Assembly (NCBI GenBank): GCA_019639015.1 | Contig: JAHBSS010000001.1 | Coordinates: 9,189 to 73,188, forward strand | DNA: 64,000 nucleotides | From: Cryobacterium sp. | GTDB taxonomy: Bacteria > Actinomycetota > Actinomycetes > Actinomycetales > Microbacteriaceae | Direction: 5' to 3' | Shown here: positions 62,146 through 64,000 of the stretch, one piece after another | How the letters are laid out: the number at the start of each line of letters is the position of its first letter | Position numbering within the stretch: the stretch's first letter is position 1 | Program-made: the position numbers and the translations under genes | Notes under the pieces: generated by a model | Seen by the model: only the letters and a program-made list of their open reading frames with translations | Database searches by the model: none | What the model was told of the DNA's origin: nothing

Positions 62146-63246
62146 TCAGGTTCGATCGACGGCACGTTCGAATAGTTTCGTTGCGATTCTTGCTCGCCTC
62201 AGCGAGCCCTGGCCGGTGACGAGATCGCGGATCGTTCTTAGTGCTACCGCAGGCCCTTGGACAAGCATCGTTGTTACAACAGATTCTTCCCACGCGGCCA
62301 TCTCGTCCCGAATTTTCTCTGGCGGTCCGATCAATGCAATTTGTTCAACGAGTGAAGTGGGGACGGCTGCGATCGCTTGAGGCTTCTTTCCCGCGAGATA
62401 AAGTTCCTGAATCTGGTCGCATTGCTTTTCGTAACCGAGTCGATCGATCACGTTTCGGTGGAAGTTTGCAGACTTTGCGCCCATGCCACCGATGTAAAGG
62501 GCGAGCATAGGGCGAACCAAATCTGCTGCTTTTTCAATGTCGGAGTGCGGGATCACCGGCAATTGCACTGCCACCTCGAACTCAGAAGCCGGGCGAAGGT
62601 TCGGCGAACGATTCGAAAATCCCTCGGCAAGATAGCCCGCGAATTCATCGTTGGCTTTCGGGGAGAATAGAAACGGCAACCAACCATCTGCAATCTCAGC
62701 AGCTAGCGCAACGTTCTTTGGCCCTTCCGCTGCTAGATAAATTGGCAAATCCTTTCGGAGCGGATGCACGGTTGACTTAAGCGCTTTTCCAAGCCCGGTG
62801 GTATTTGACCCAAGATTCGGCAACACAAATTGTGGCCCGTTGGCGGTTACCGGTTCTTCGCGAGCAAGAACCTTTCGGATGATTTCCAAATACTCTTTTG
62901 TCCGCGCGAGCGGCTTCGGAAACGGTTGACCATACCAGCCTTCGACAACTTGGGGGCCGGATGCTCCAAGGCCAAGAATCATTCGACCGTTTGATAGGTG
63001 GTCGAGGGTTAACGCGGCCATTGCGGTAGCGGTTGGTGTTCGCGCGGAAATTTGTGCAATCGCTGTTCCAAGTTTCACCCGGGATGTTCTTGAACCCCAC
63101 CAGGCCAAAGGAGTAAAAGCGTCCGACCCGTAAGCCTCCGCGGTCCAAATTGAATCAAAACCTAACCGTTCGGCAGTTCTAATAGCCTTTTGAACTCCGG
63201 ATGGTGGGCCTTGTTTCCAATAACCTGTTGAGTATCCGATCCGCAT
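62146..63246 (-). CDS. LLM class F420-dependent oxidoreductase (Rv3520c-like)
   Basis: AEAYGSDA, ARTPTATAM, LGLGASGPQVVEGWYG, YIGGMG. Confidence 0.85.
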   Translation of the reverse strand: MRIGYSTGYWKQGPPSGVQKAIRTAERLGFDSIWTAEAYGSDAFTPLAWWGSRTSRVKLGTAIAQISARTPTATAMAALTLDHLSNGRMILGLGASGPQVVEGWYGQPFPKPLARTKEYLEIIRKVLAREEPVTANGPQFVLPNLGSNTTGLGKALKSTVHPLRKDLPIYLAAEGPKNVALAAEIADGWLPFLFSPKANDEFAGYLAEGFSNRSPNLRPASEFEVAVQLPVIPHSDIEKAADLVRPMLALYIGGMGAKSANFHRNVIDRLGYEKQCDQIQELYLAGKKPQAIAAVPTSLVEQIALIGPPEKIRDEMAAWEESVVTTMLVQGPAVALRTIRDLVTGQGSLRRARIATKLFERAVDRT

Positions 63247-63417
63247 GGGCTAAGGCTACTCGGCGTTGCAACGATGAAAGAGTTCGACTATCCTTGATTG
63301 GTCAGGCGGAAACCCGCCTTTCTTTGTGCGCCTTCGGTTCTTTTGAATCGGATTGGCGCGCCGACAAGTGACCTTGGGTGAGGCGATCGCCTCACGGTAG
63401 ACATTGTAAGGAGCACC

Positions 63418-63654
63418 ATGGCAGCAGTGTGCCAGGTGACCGGAGCCACCCCTGGCTTCGGACACAACATTTCACACTCGCACCGTCGCACCAAGCGTCG
63501 GTTCGATCCGAACATCCAAAAGAAGACCTACTTCGTGCCTTCGCTTAAGCGCAACGTGACGCTAAACGTGAGTGCTAAAGGAATGAAGGTTATCGATGCC
63601 CGTGGCATCGAATCGGTCGTCAAGGACCTTCTCGCCAGAGGGGAGAAGATCTAA
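63418..63654 (+). CDS. rpmB: 50S ribosomal protein L28 (C- type)
   Basis: [22 protein letters not shown]. Confidence 0.96.
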   Translation: MAAVCQVTGATPGFGHNISHSHRRTKRRFDPNIQKKTYFVPSLKRNVTLNVSAKGMKVIDARGIESVVKDLLARGEKI

Positions 63655-63821
63655 TGGCAAAGCAGCAAGACATCCGTCCGATCATCAAACTGAGATCTAC
63701 TGCAGGCACCGGTTACACCTATGTGACCAGGAAGAACCGTCGCAACGACCCGGACCGACTGGTTTTGAAGAAATATGACCCTATTGTGCGCAAGCACGTT
63801 GAATTCCGCGAGGAGCGCTAA
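63654..63821 (+). CDS. rpmG: 50S ribosomal protein L33 (C- type; not in ORF track)
   Basis: Hand-translated [55 protein letters not shown]. Confidence 0.96.
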   Translation: MAKQQDIRPIIKLRSTAGTGYTYVTRKNRRNDPDRLVLKKYDPIVRKHVEFREER

Positions 63822-63823
63822 AC

Positions 63824-64000
63824 ATGGCGAAAAAGAGCAAGATTGCGCGCAACGAACAGCGCGAAGCAGTGGTGGCTCGTTATGCCGCTAAGAGGCTTGA
63901 ACTGAAGAAAGCCCTTGTCGACCCGAAGTCCACCGATGAGCAGCGTGAAGCGGCGAGACTTGGACTGCAAAAGCTTCCTCGGGATGCTTCACCAGTTCGA
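63824..64000 (+). CDS. rpsN: 30S ribosomal protein S14, long C- type (3' truncated)
   Basis: [13 protein letters not shown]...[12 protein letters not shown]. Confidence 0.94.
   Translation, partial: MAKKSKIARNEQREAVVARYAAKRLELKKALVDPKSTDEQREAARLGLQKLPRDASPVR

Overview
Replication-origin region of an actinobacterial chromosome. Gene order and protein sequences fit Micrococcales, probably Microbacteriaceae; GC looks only ~50-55% by eye, as in streamlined freshwater lineages (inference). The window is almost all core genome: the fhaA-fhaB-pstP-rodA-pbpA-pknA-pknB cluster, trpG/sortase E/crgA/rhomboid/ppiA, tRNA-Leu/Ala/Ile, gyrAB-dciA-recF-gnd-dnaN-oriC-dnaA, rpmH-rnpA-yidD-yidC-jag-rsmG-parAB with two parS sites, trxAB-murJ, the CCA-adding enzyme, ino1, rpsF-ssb-rpsR-rplI, dnaB, purB, a Zur-boxed znuACB-zur operon and Zn-ribbon-less rpmB-rpmG-rpsN. 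I see no integrase, transposase, prophage, CRISPR or rRNA, and cannot claim a clearly novel system. Best leads: (i) a WXG100-like + YxxxE-lipase pair resembling a type VII substrate pair with no secretion genes in the window (55.7-57.4 kb); (ii) a ~140-nt multi-stem intergenic structure after trxA (41.2-41.3 kb); (iii) a structured leader without a Zur box before rpmB-rpmG-rpsN; (iv) satellite DnaA-box clusters ~14 kb left and ~18 kb right of oriC. Several start codons were re-assigned by eye relative to the ORF track; all family calls come from motif recognition, not database searches.
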